A stretch of 64,000 nt of DNA from a virus. Below, piece by piece: positions 21,255 through 28,365 of the stretch. Each line of letters starts with the position of its first letter. Position 1 is the stretch's first letter. The position numbers and the translations under genes are program-made. The notes under the pieces were generated by a model that searched no databases, was not told the DNA's origin, and saw only the letters and a program-made list of their open reading frames with translations. The DNA is taken from the IMG/VR virus record IMGVR_UViG_3300031975_001631, one strand, 5' to 3'.

Positions 21255-21397
21255 TTACCTTGTCCACGATAACGCTTCTTACGAGCGTTCGCGCTCGTCG
21301 CGCTAAGTTTTGTATGCTTACCCATTCCTTGACGAGTTTTTTTGGGGGTCGCTTCGATGAATGAACCACCACTTAGCGATTTTTTTACCTTAGCCAT
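21251..21397 (-). CDS. Small highly basic protein (48 aa)
   Basis: Hand-translated MAKVKKSLSGGSFIEATPKKTRQGMGKHTKLSATSANARKKRYRGQGK; overlaps both neighbours. Confidence 0.7.
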   Translation of the reverse strand: MAKVKKSLSGGSFIEATPKKTRQGMGKHTKLSATSANARKKRYRGQGK

Positions 21398-21560
21398 TTT
21401 TAAGTTCCTTCATAATATGTGAAATTCTGTGAGGGGCAGGGGCACCTGTCTCATAAAATGAGAGAGCATACCCCTCCATGATATACATGAACTCGTCTTC
21501 ACTTACATCGGTGTGTCTCTCAGACCCATCAACATAGATTGTGTAGACTGTCCGTTCCAT
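21390..21560 (-). CDS. Small hypothetical protein (56 aa)
   Basis: Hand-translated MERTVYTIYVDGSERHTDVSEDEFMYIMEGYALSFYETGAPAPHRISHIMKELKNG; start overlaps the glycosyltransferase stop. Confidence 0.65.
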   Translation of the reverse strand: MERTVYTIYVDGSERHTDVSEDEFMYIMEGYALSFYETGAPAPHRISHIMKELKNG

Positions 21561-22318
21561 CAGATAACCCGCATCTTCTCGTGACCAACTCTGATACGAG
21601 GATCACACCAAATATCGATTCCTGCTTCGATTGCATCCAGACAGAAACTCACATCCTCTCCACACATGTCCTGGACATCCCCAGACTCAAAGACTTGCAT
21701 CTTGGGTGCAAACCATGGATACTTCATTTCAGCATGCTCAAAGACGCCATGCTTGATGAGTACCCATCCGAAACCTGTGTAGTCTACCGTGAAAGGCTTC
21801 TTACGCTTAGTCATCGTTTCACCAGTCTCATGATTCATGACACCACCGTTATTACGGAAGTCTCCTTCATCCAACCAATGTGCAACAGAAGTAGTACGAC
21901 CATCTTCAGTCATGTACCAACCAGCTGCAATCTGTTTGTCCATGAGAACCAACTGCAAGAACTTCTCAGTATTGAATACAATATCAGAGTCGATCCACAA
22001 CTGATAGTCATACTTCAGTTTGCCGTCCCATGGAATCTGATCTGGTCCACGCAATACATTTGCTCCAAGACACTTACAACGAGCAAAGTTAACCATGCTG
22101 CTGTAGTCTTGTGAAATCTGAATACTCGCGCCCATCTGTACTAAGTCGAAACTTAGCTGCAGGAACGACTTCATGAATTGATATGAACAACCCCGACCAG
22201 GAAGACAGAATACAATTGCTTTGCCCTTAAGCATCTCACGGGCAGCATCATAATCCCATTCTGGTTCTTTATCCTTTGCTTGGGGCGCTTTTGCTTTAAC
22301 AGTAAATCCTTTAGCCAT
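21560..22318 (-). CDS. GT-A fold glycosyltransferase-like protein
   Basis: IVFCLPG, ARCKCL, WIDSDIVF (DxD), VDYTGFGWVLIK, GEDVSFC and RVGHEK are GT-A motifs. Confidence 0.8.
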   Translation of the reverse strand: MAKGFTVKAKAPQAKDKEPEWDYDAAREMLKGKAIVFCLPGRGCSYQFMKSFLQLSFDLVQMGASIQISQDYSSMVNFARCKCLGANVLRGPDQIPWDGKLKYDYQLWIDSDIVFNTEKFLQLVLMDKQIAAGWYMTEDGRTTSVAHWLDEGDFRNNGGVMNHETGETMTKRKKPFTVDYTGFGWVLIKHGVFEHAEMKYPWFAPKMQVFESGDVQDMCGEDVSFCLDAIEAGIDIWCDPRIRVGHEKMRVI

Positions 22319-22364
22319 AACGATTAATTACGCATCATCATTCTAACAGTTTATATATGATCCG

Positions 22365-22529
22365 TCAATAGGACGCATCTGGGTCAACATCACCCCTTAC
22401 CATCTCAACTTCGTGATCTGTCAGGTCGATTTCACTCCCTTTGATTTTCTCTTTTAATTGAGCTGGTGTGAGATTAGCAAAGATACATTCATTCCCTGAA
22501 TATACATGAAAGATAGTCTCAGTCTTCAT
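22365..22529 (-). CDS. Small hypothetical protein (54 aa)
   Basis: Hand-translated MKTETIFHVYSGNECIFANLTPAQLKEKIKGSEIDLTDHEVEMVRGDVDPDASY. Confidence 0.6.
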   Translation of the reverse strand: MKTETIFHVYSGNECIFANLTPAQLKEKIKGSEIDLTDHEVEMVRGDVDPDASY

Positions 22530-22698
22530 CATATTTCTCTTCTAGGAAGATTCCATCTACATCAAGATTCATCGCAACCTCAGTACCCTCATACCAATCT
22601 AATTCATTAATGAAAGACTCAGGCAGACTCACGATATACTCATCAGAAACAGGGTCGATCCTTACACTGGTTAGAATTCTGTGAGATTTTTTTTCCAT
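22519..22698 (-). CDS. AbrB/MazE-like swapped-hairpin DNA-binding protein (59 aa)
   Basis: Hand-translated MEKKSHRILTSVRIDPVSDEYIVSLPESFINELDWYEGTEVAMNLDVDGIFLEEKYDED; the pattern hxLP..h...L.h..G..V.h......I.L is AbrB-like. Confidence 0.6.
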   Translation of the reverse strand: MEKKSHRILTSVRIDPVSDEYIVSLPESFINELDWYEGTEVAMNLDVDGIFLEEKYDED

Positions 22699-22845
22699 TA
22701 CGCGAACCTGGGAGTCATTCTTATATATCAGAATTTTTTTTTATTCCATTGATATATCGATCGCGAATTCGGTTCGTTGTAGGTTACAAGGACCCATCAA
22801 ATTTAAACCACTGTCTAATAAGAACTGTGTGCGTACTAAGTGATA

Positions 22846-22907
22846 CTCAGAGTGTCATGATGTAGGTCCCCCTCAATGATACTCAGAATACCTCAGAATG
22901 TCTCAGA
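22846..22907 (+). repeat. CTCAGA repeat cluster 1 (4 copies, three at exact 10-bp spacing)
   Basis: CTCAGA starts at 22846, 22882, 22892 and 22902. Confidence 0.85.
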
Positions 22908-22981
22908 GCTGTTACATAGTGCCTGTGAGTGATTGATAGTCAGCTGGCATGTGATTGGTGTTCTTGGTGTGATGTCTCCAT

Positions 22982-23010
22982 ATTATACCATGATGACTGC
23001 CATAATGCAA
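22982..23010 (-). promoter_or_regulatory. Leftward sigma70-like promoter
   Basis: TTGCAT-N17-TATAAT with extended -10 TG. Confidence 0.7.
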
Positions 23011-23044
23011 TTGTGTCCTGTCTGTAACATAAAAATCCTGATAC

Positions 23045-23073
23045 TTGACAAACTGCGAGTCTCATGGTACGCT
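23045..23073 (+). promoter_or_regulatory. Rightward sigma70-like promoter with no downstream plus-strand gene
   Basis: TTGACA-N17-TACGCT with extended -10 TG. Confidence 0.6.
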
Positions 23074-23177
23074 CGCTTAGCTAACATCGTGAGAGACCAT
23101 TTAAGAGACTTTTATAACATTTAAAGAAAACACGCAAGTATATTTAAAAAGACATTTAATAACTTTCCGCATACTCA

Positions 23178-23204
23178 CTCAGAGAGCACTCAGAGACACT
23201 CAGA
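23178..23204 (+). repeat. CTCAGA repeat cluster 2 (3 copies at 11/10-bp spacing; unit about CACTCAGAGA(G))
   Basis: CTCAGA starts at 23178, 23189 and 23199. Confidence 0.85.
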
Positions 23205-23221
23205 GAGCACTTAAATATCAC

Positions 23222-23410
23222 TTACTTGCCCTCTAGTCTAATCACCTTATCCCACTGATGAGGGTACACACAGAGGCAACATTTAGTCTCTCCATACTTA
23301 CTACCAGGAGTAGGATAAGAGTTAAAACAAACGGTAATATATGCAGGGTCTATGAAGTTAACATAGCCCTCAGTATTACCGATTTTAACTAACTCTCCTT
23401 CAGTGAACAT
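23222..23410 (-). CDS. Hypothetical protein
   Basis: ORF track, 62 aa; co-oriented with the accessory cluster. Confidence 0.7.
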   Translation of the reverse strand: MFTEGELVKIGNTEGYVNFIDPAYITVCFNSYPTPGSKYGETKCCLCVYPHQWDKVIRLEGK

Positions 23411-23574
23411 GATGTTGTTAGTTGATAGTGTGTGGAGTCTAATAAGTCTGTGATATGTGTTGGTAACTGTCCTTTATCATTCCATGTCATTTTGTACTGT
23501 ACGATTAATGACACTAACAGGGAGAGTTGCTGATGTGATAATTGTACTGTACTGATTGATTGTTGGGTCATCAA
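23389..23574 (-). CDS. Hypothetical protein
   Basis: ORF track, 61 aa. Confidence 0.55.
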   Translation of the reverse strand: MMTQQSISTVQLSHQQLSLLVSLIVQYKMTWNDKGQLPTHITDLLDSTHYQLTTSCSLKES

Positions 23575-23646
23575 TTTTTAGGGGCGCGATGGCATCATTG
23601 TGAGAGTAATACTTAACAATCTCTTGATAGAGATTATCATCATAGT

Positions 23647-23814
23647 TTACCATTTAGAGAGACATTCAAGTTTAATATATGAGGGGACAGATTCATCCAC
23701 TGTTGTATCATCTTGTGGGAATTGTTGCCCATCTTTATTATACCACATATCATCAGGAATGTCATCCATAATTGAATCAATCATGTGGTCGAAAATGAAA
23801 TCTAGCTTTGCCAT
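23647..23814 (-). CDS. Small acidic hypothetical protein (55 aa)
   Basis: Hand-translated MAKLDFIFDHMIDSIMDDIPDDMWYNKDGQQFPQDD... Confidence 0.55.
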   Translation of the reverse strand: MAKLDFIFDHMIDSIMDDIPDDMWYNKDGQQFPQDDTTVDESVPSYIKLECLSKW

Positions 23815-23826
23815 GGTTAGTTACCC

Positions 23827-24135
23827 TTATTCAGTAAGAATTTCTAAATCGATAACATCGATGTCCTCTAACATTATATCACAGATACGGGCGATTTCCT
23901 TTTGAGATGATGCACCGAGTCTAAAGATATGCTGATTGTTGTCAATCCTTATAAGTTGTAGATTGACGAACTCCTCGTATTTAGCGATGAAATTTGCAAT
24001 TGTACGATGTGAACCATCGATGAGATTCATGCCTACGACAGCAATAGCTTCAGAATGAAACTCGATACCTTGTGCAAGTCTTTCGATTGAAAGTTTGTCC
24101 TTATGTGACATAATAATCATGTGAGAGTTTGACAT
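23827..24135 (-). CDS. Hypothetical protein (start reassigned to ATG 24135)
   Basis: The track start at 24183 overlaps the upstream ORF; ATG at 24135 directly follows that ORF's stop. Confidence 0.65.
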   Translation of the reverse strand: MSNSHMIIMSHKDKLSIERLAQGIEFHSEAIAVVGMNLIDGSHRTIANFIAKYEEFVNLQLIRIDNNQHIFRLGASSQKEIARICDIMLEDIDVIDLEILTE

Positions 24136-24136
24136 A

Positions 24137-24292
24137 TCAGTTAGAAGGGAATTGAGCGAGTTTTGCATCAGCGAGAGCAGCAATCATAGTCCATACTTTC
24201 TCACCTGACAATTGCTCTTGATCACAAATATATTCTACATTATCTTCCATCAATTCTAATACTTCAAGTGCTTGCAATTCGAGATCTGTCAT
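24137..24292 (-). CDS. Small hypothetical protein (51 aa)
   Basis: Hand-translated MTDLELQALEVLELMEDNVEYICDQEQLSGEKVWTMIAALADAKLAQFPSN. Confidence 0.7.
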   Translation of the reverse strand: MTDLELQALEVLELMEDNVEYICDQEQLSGEKVWTMIAALADAKLAQFPSN

Positions 24293-24338
24293 GATTAGAG
24301 AAGGATTAGGATTAGGACGATTGAATAAAATCTACTTA

Positions 24339-24470
24339 TTAAATCTTGTTCTTGCCCTTCCATTTACCGCGATTAGTTGACTTATCAAGCATTGCATGCA
24401 ATGTTGCTGGTAGGGGTTTATTTGGTACTTTCACAAAACGACCTTGGACTTTAAGAATAGTGTAGTTCAT
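24339..24470 (-). CDS. Small basic hypothetical protein
   Basis: The track ORF starts inside a terminator; the ATG at 24470 (MNYTILKVQG) is more plausible. Confidence 0.45.
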   Translation of the reverse strand: MNYTILKVQGRFVKVPNKPLPATLHAMLDKSTNRGKWKGKNKI

Positions 24471-24495
24471 AAAATGATCAATAGGAGGACAATTG

Positions 24496-24525
24496 AATAA
24501 AAGCGGGCATAGCATGATGCCCACT
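24496..24525 (-). terminator. Rho-independent terminator
   Basis: AGTGGGCAT-CATGCT-ATGCCCGCT 9-bp stem (one G-U pair) followed by TTTATT. Confidence 0.6.
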
Positions 24526-24540
24526 CTTTCTTAGTTTTAA

Positions 24541-24888
24541 TCATGCGAAGATATAACCGTTGTCGAACTCTTCAGTTACAAATACTTTATCAGTACCATT
24601 TTGTCCTGCAAACTTACGAACAAACCACTTAAAGTTTTTCTGAAAAACACCTTCTCCAGCAACACAAAACTCATCACAAAGTGCATTGAGGCGAGATTTT
24701 GTGGTGTTAGTCTGCCAACCACCGTCGAAAATTGTCATGTCATTATCAGAAACCTCAGCGATCTTGTTGCCATGAAGGCGAACAACAGAGACGCCAGTTT
24801 CAGGATCAAAGTGAACAGAAGTGTTAGCAGACTGCCAGTCGATGTTCTTTTGAACAGCGGCACACATTTGGGATTCGATCTTACGCAT
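24541..24888 (-). CDS. Hypothetical protein (115 aa)
   Basis: ORF track; first gene after a motif-bearing promoter. Confidence 0.8.
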   Translation of the reverse strand: MRKIESQMCAAVQKNIDWQSANTSVHFDPETGVSVVRLHGNKIAEVSDNDMTIFDGGWQTNTTKSRLNALCDEFCVAGEGVFQKNFKWFVRKFAGQNGTDKVFVTEEFDNGYIFA

Positions 24889-24946
24889 GATGAGAGAAGA
24901 GAAGAGGTTTAGAAGGTGTGGAAGGTGTTGCCCCCTCCACTCCTTT

Positions 24947-25000
24947 AATATACACGGTTATGGGGGTCTGTGCCATGCTCTTGTGCCACTAGCTCAACTG
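24947..25000 (-). promoter_or_regulatory. Putative early promoter with upstream motif
   Basis: CAGTT-GAGCT-AGTGGCACA, then 29 nt, then TATATT. Confidence 0.7.
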
Positions 25001-25003
25001 GTT

Positions 25004-25228
25004 TTATTTGCCGATCCCCATGGGATCATCTGCCGTTGCCTCTAGTTCAGAAATACTATACATTGTTGTTGGAAAGTTATCACAGACAGCATCACATAGC
25101 GATACGATTAGATCCTCAGCTCCATCTGCTGTGTGACCATATTTTTTCTCTATAATAGATTCAATGTCTTCCATGAGTTGTTCTCTGGCAGTCATGATAT
25201 TATGGAGATGTTGCTTCATGAGTGACAT
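25004..25228 (-). CDS. Hypothetical protein
   Basis: ORF track, 74 aa. Confidence 0.7.
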   Translation of the reverse strand: MSLMKQHLHNIMTAREQLMEDIESIIEKKYGHTADGAEDLIVSLCDAVCDNFPTTMYSISELEATADDPMGIGK

Positions 25229-25234
25229 AATTGA

Positions 25235-25483
25235 TTAGAAAGAAACTGCGAAAGTGTTGTTAAGTTTGTCTTGAGTTACTGTCTCTTTACCAGACAACAT
25301 GCTGAATTGATCAAACACAATCCAAGCATCTTGGTCTTCTGAGATAACAGCGAAACCGAAGCATCCTGCCATTGGCATCATATATTTACCATGCGATTCT
25401 GCCTGCCTAAGAGAACTAAAACCACGGGCAGTGATAGTCCAATCTTTACCAAAGTAAGCACAAATGAAATCTTTCATGATCAC
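25235..25483 (-). CDS. Hypothetical protein
   Basis: ORF track, 82 aa. Confidence 0.7.
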   Translation of the reverse strand: MIMKDFICAYFGKDWTITARGFSSLRQAESHGKYMMPMAGCFGFAVISEDQDAWIVFDQFSMLSGKETVTQDKLNNTFAVSF

Positions 25484-25644
25484 TCTTCGATGGTAACAGA
25501 TTGAATTATAAAGTTAGGATTGAGGCGATTACATGTTGCAATCGCATCTTCTTTTGTTGCTTTAATGTAACTTAGACAGTCATTCATAACCCAACCATTA
25601 GTACGATGAAATTGACCATGAAGAAGGAATTTAGTCTCTTGCAT
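25480..25644 (-). CDS. Small hypothetical protein (54 aa)
   Basis: Hand-translated MQETKFLLHGQFHRTNGWVMNDCLSYIKATKEDAIATCNRLNPNFIIQSVTIEE; fills the gap and overlaps the next start by 4 nt. Confidence 0.6.
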   Translation of the reverse strand: MQETKFLLHGQFHRTNGWVMNDCLSYIKATKEDAIATCNRLNPNFIIQSVTIEE

Positions 25645-25649
25645 TGTTA

Positions 25650-25847
25650 TCAACCTCCGAACATGTCATCAAATAGCTGTTGCCCAGAACGCTCATCTTG
25701 CTCTGCTTTCTTTGCATATTGTGCCATGCGTTCTAGTGCTTCTTCGCGAGAGATTGAGTCGGGGAAGTAATAGTCGCGACCTGATGGAGTTGTGTAACGC
25801 ATAATTTTGAAAATAGAGAGTGAATTAAGTTGATCTTTGATATTCAA
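25650..25847 (-). CDS. Hypothetical protein (start uncertain)
   Basis: ORF track, 65 aa. Confidence 0.6.
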   Translation of the reverse strand: MNIKDQLNSLSIFKIMRYTTPSGRDYYFPDSISREEALERMAQYAKKAEQDERSGQQLFDDMFGG

Positions 25848-26044
25848 TTTGATGCCTCCATGAATACATCATAAAAACAATCAAATGCAGCAGGATCATG
25901 ACAAAATGAAGAGATTCCACTTTGATCAGAAACCCAATCGTATGCCATATCAATGTCGGCACCGGTCTCAATCACAAAAGATTGCAGACCTTGAAGAGCA
26001 GAAATAAAAGCAGAATCGTTGAGAAGCATTGTGGTTTTGTTCAT
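25844..26044 (-). CDS. Hypothetical protein
   Basis: ORF track, 66 aa; directly after a promoter. Confidence 0.7.
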   Translation of the reverse strand: MNKTTMLLNDSAFISALQGLQSFVIETGADIDMAYDWVSDQSGISSFCHDPAAFDCFYDVFMEASN

Positions 26045-26050
26045 GAATGT

Positions 26051-26104
26051 AGTATGGCAGAGATTTGGGCGAATTGCAAGCGATAGTGGACACTAGGTCA
26101 ACTG
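26051..26104 (-). promoter_or_regulatory. Putative early promoter with upstream motif
   Basis: CAGTT-GACCT-AGTGTCCAC, then TTGCAA-N17-CATACT; 29 nt from motif to -10. Confidence 0.75.
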
Positions 26105-26112
26105 TCACAGGA

Positions 26113-26301
26113 TCAGAAAGGGTTGCCCCATGACTCATATTTTTTCATGGTAATATAACCTTCCTTGCAAAGTTCATCAGTAAAGTATGACCATGCCAAA
26201 CGCTTAGCGATTGAATCAGTTGCCATTTTTGTGCCCTTAGTATCACATTTCCAATTGTAACGAAATTGCTCCAGTGCTTGTGCTTTGGTGATGGATCGCA
26301 T
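26113..26301 (-). CDS. Hypothetical protein (62 aa; start reassigned to MRSITKAQ)
   Basis: The track's longer N-terminus spans the promoter at 26326-26379. Confidence 0.7.
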   Translation of the reverse strand: MRSITKAQALEQFRYNWKCDTKGTKMATDSIAKRLAWSYFTDELCKEGYITMKKYESWGNPF

Positions 26302-26325
26302 GAGGTGTGTTCCTTTGACTCTTAT

Positions 26326-26379
26326 AGTATTGCAGATTTTGAGGCATTTTGCAAGAGCTTGAGTCCAGTTCCCCAACTG
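26326..26379 (-). promoter_or_regulatory. Putative early promoter with upstream motif
   Basis: CAGTT-GGGGA-ACTGGACTC, then TTGCAA-N17-AATACT; 29 nt from motif to -10. Confidence 0.75.
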
Positions 26380-26529
26380 GTTTGGGTTGGTTGCTGGTAT
26401 GCTGTCATGCTGTCGCCGTCATGCCTTGAGAACCCTTGCCACCACTAGACCAAAGACCTGTTTTTTGCATAATTCTACTAGAAAGGGGCAACAGGTCATC
26501 CCCGCCGCCCCCGATATGGAAAAATCAAT

Positions 26530-26853
26530 TTATACAAAGAATGCCTCTAATCCTGTATAATTAATCTTCATCGATGTGTATTGTCTGGTATCATTAATGT
26601 CGATCAATTCTCCCTTTCTAATTGAGTTGATGGGGGAGTAGTATTGATCTTTCTTTGGATTATAGAATCCCCAGATAGTCCGAACGCGATCAGTAGTGTA
26701 AGTATAGACATCTGGATGGCATAACCAAATACGAAGCAAATTGCGCTTGTATTCCTCACATTCATAGTAAAATCCATCCGGGGCTTCATGATAGAAACTC
26801 GGTGGTAGTTCCATCAGTTGATTCATGATCAGAGGTGTCTTCATTGTCTTCAT
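26530..26853 (-). CDS. Hypothetical protein (true start probably 26826 or later)
   Basis: ORF track, 107 aa; an extended -10 TGGTATAAT lies at 26852-26860. Confidence 0.75.
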   Translation of the reverse strand: MKTMKTPLIMNQLMELPPSFYHEAPDGFYYECEEYKRNLLRIWLCHPDVYTYTTDRVRTIWGFYNPKKDQYYSPINSIRKGELIDINDTRQYTSMKINYTGLEAFFV

Positions 26854-26907
26854 TATACCAGAAATCGTGCCAATCGTGAGGTGAGTTTGTCACATCTTCA
26901 ATGTTAT

Positions 26908-27051
26908 TCATTTACAATAAGATGGTTGAATTTGACACAATTTGTCGTTTCTCCTATCAACAATATCTTGCATATTGTTAGCAAGATCAATACAAAGAAA
27001 TGCTGCGAAAAGACAAATAGAAGAAACGAGAATAAGTCTAAAAGCTATCAT
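26908..27051 (-). CDS. Small membrane-anchored protein (47 aa)
   Basis: Hand-translated MIAFRLILVSSICLFAAFLCIDLANNMQDIVDRRNDKLCQIQPSYCK; ATGA overlap with the upstream gene. Confidence 0.6.
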   Translation of the reverse strand: MIAFRLILVSSICLFAAFLCIDLANNMQDIVDRRNDKLCQIQPSYCK

Positions 27052-27200
27052 TGAACAATCTCCACTAATTTATCCATGACTGGTTTAAGATCATGTTCTT
27101 CAGCATCACTCAAATCAATATACATTTGTTCAATACACCATAGAATTACATCTGCTTGCGCTTTAGTAACTTCAATTGTACTGAATGTGGAGGTTGTCAT
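27048..27200 (-). CDS. Small hypothetical protein (50 aa)
   Basis: Hand-translated MTTSTFSTIEVTKAQADVILWCIEQMYIDLSDAEEHDLKPVMDKLVEIVQ. Confidence 0.6.
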   Translation of the reverse strand: MTTSTFSTIEVTKAQADVILWCIEQMYIDLSDAEEHDLKPVMDKLVEIVQ

Positions 27201-27227
27201 TTTTCTGGAAAGTGTGTTCTTTACTAT

Positions 27228-27365
27228 TTAATCGATTTGTTTTTGAATTGTTGAATCATAGTAGTTCATCATCTTAGTGTCACGCTCTGCTAGGAAGTTT
27301 AAGAAACCTACAAGGGCAAACATAACACAAATGCCCGAAAGTCCGTATTGTGTAAATTTACTCAT
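27228..27365 (-). CDS. Small membrane-anchored protein (45 aa)
   Basis: Hand-translated MSKFTQYGLSGICVMFALVGFLNFLAERDTKMMNYYDSTIQKQID; ATGA overlap. Confidence 0.55.
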   Translation of the reverse strand: MSKFTQYGLSGICVMFALVGFLNFLAERDTKMMNYYDSTIQKQID

Positions 27366-27616
27366 AGAGTCTCTCCTAGTTCATTATCAATAGCATCCAC
27401 AATTGCTGTGTGAATGTGATCATAGTCTTGCAAGTTGACTAACACTGTCTCACAAACTTCTTTGGGTTGATATACCTCATTACCCTCATCATCCCACTTT
27501 ATAACATCTTCGCTAGTGTAAATCCAACCTGCACAAGGTGCATCTTCTCCCTGTTGTTCAATGAGGCTTTGCACCCGTGATTGCAGTGCTTTGAGTGAGT
27601 AGAACTGTGATGACAT
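27362..27616 (-). CDS. Hypothetical protein
   Basis: ORF track, 84 aa. Confidence 0.75.
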   Translation of the reverse strand: MSSQFYSLKALQSRVQSLIEQQGEDAPCAGWIYTSEDVIKWDDEGNEVYQPKEVCETVLVNLQDYDHIHTAIVDAIDNELGETL

Positions 27617-27667
27617 GATGTTAGATAGAAGAACGAAGAATGAAGCGATTAGAGTGAGTTAATCGCT

Positions 27668-27853
27668 TCAATCACCAACGAGGGCGTAAGTTTGGGCGAT
27701 AGCATCAGACTTAAAGCGTCTGCATAACTTAAACAAGAGTTTCAAGTCATCCGCAATCACATAACGAAACGAGTCTGATTCAATGATAAACTTATCATCC
27801 TCCAACCATACTTGTGGGAGTTGTTTCTTGTAGATTGGGAAATCAGTTGGCAT
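27668..27853 (-). CDS. Hypothetical protein (start reassigned to MPTDFPIY)
   Basis: The track's N-terminal extension overlaps the ORF at 27858-28022. Confidence 0.6.
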   Translation of the reverse strand: MPTDFPIYKKQLPQVWLEDDKFIIESDSFRYVIADDLKLLFKLCRRFKSDAIAQTYALVGD

Positions 27854-27857
27854 GATG

Positions 27858-28022
27858 TTAGTTAGCAGGAGTGGAAGTGATTTCTTTGATAGTGTCCCAA
27901 CCATGATATTCATGGAAGAGTTTATCATTCAGTTTGTGAGCATTTAGAGGTTTGATGTTACTCTTGCGGTCAAATCGAGTGACTTGACCATCTCTATACT
28001 CTATGCGAATGTTGTATAACAT
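27858..28022 (-). CDS. Small hypothetical protein (54 aa)
   Basis: Hand-translated MLYNIRIEYRDGQVTRFDRKSNIKPLNAHKLNDKLFHEYHGWDTIKEITSTPAN. Confidence 0.55.
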   Translation of the reverse strand: MLYNIRIEYRDGQVTRFDRKSNIKPLNAHKLNDKLFHEYHGWDTIKEITSTPAN

Positions 28023-28027
28023 ATCAA

Positions 28028-28282
28028 TCACCAACGAGTTTGAATCAGTGCAGAGTTGAAAAGTTGTGGTTCTGTGTGAAGATCAGTCACTTCATACTTA
28101 TAACCCTCAACACGACTATCAACCTCTTTCTCAAATGATTCTTTGTTGATGTAGGACTTAGATTGCATGTCATTCATGAATGTCACAGTCTTATACATCA
28201 GACGCTCGCTGATACTTCCATCAGCATACTTGACGGGATAGAAGTCAACAACCATGTTTCCGTGCTGTGCTGTGAGTTGCAT
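28028..28282 (-). CDS. Hypothetical protein
   Basis: ORF track, 84 aa; first gene after a promoter. Confidence 0.75.
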   Translation of the reverse strand: MQLTAQHGNMVVDFYPVKYADGSISERLMYKTVTFMNDMQSKSYINKESFEKEVDSRVEGYKYEVTDLHTEPQLFNSALIQTRW

Positions 28283-28311
28283 GTGGTGAGGTGTGTTCCT
28301 TTGACTCTTTA

Positions 28312-28365
28312 ACTATACACGATTTTGGGCGCAGCACAACGGGGGCTATGCCACTTCGGGAAGTG
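28312..28365 (-). promoter_or_regulatory. Putative early promoter with upstream motif
   Basis: CACTT-CCCGA-AGTGGCATA, then 29 nt, then TATAGT. Confidence 0.7.

Noticed and set aside
21539-22114. 191-aa plus-strand ORF
   Set aside because: It is the antisense shadow of the glycosyltransferase, with no promoter or motif support.
22933-23124. 63-aa plus-strand ORF in the non-coding island
   Set aside because: It spans both promoters, has a GTG/TTG-type start with no leader support and looks like random sequence.
22846-23204. CTCAGA repeats as a CRISPR or mini-array
   Set aside because: Units are 6-11 bp with no unique spacers and no cas genes.
26302-26376. N-terminal extension of ORF 26113..26376
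   Set aside because: It runs through a clear promoter and the duplicated leader, so the start was moved to 26301.
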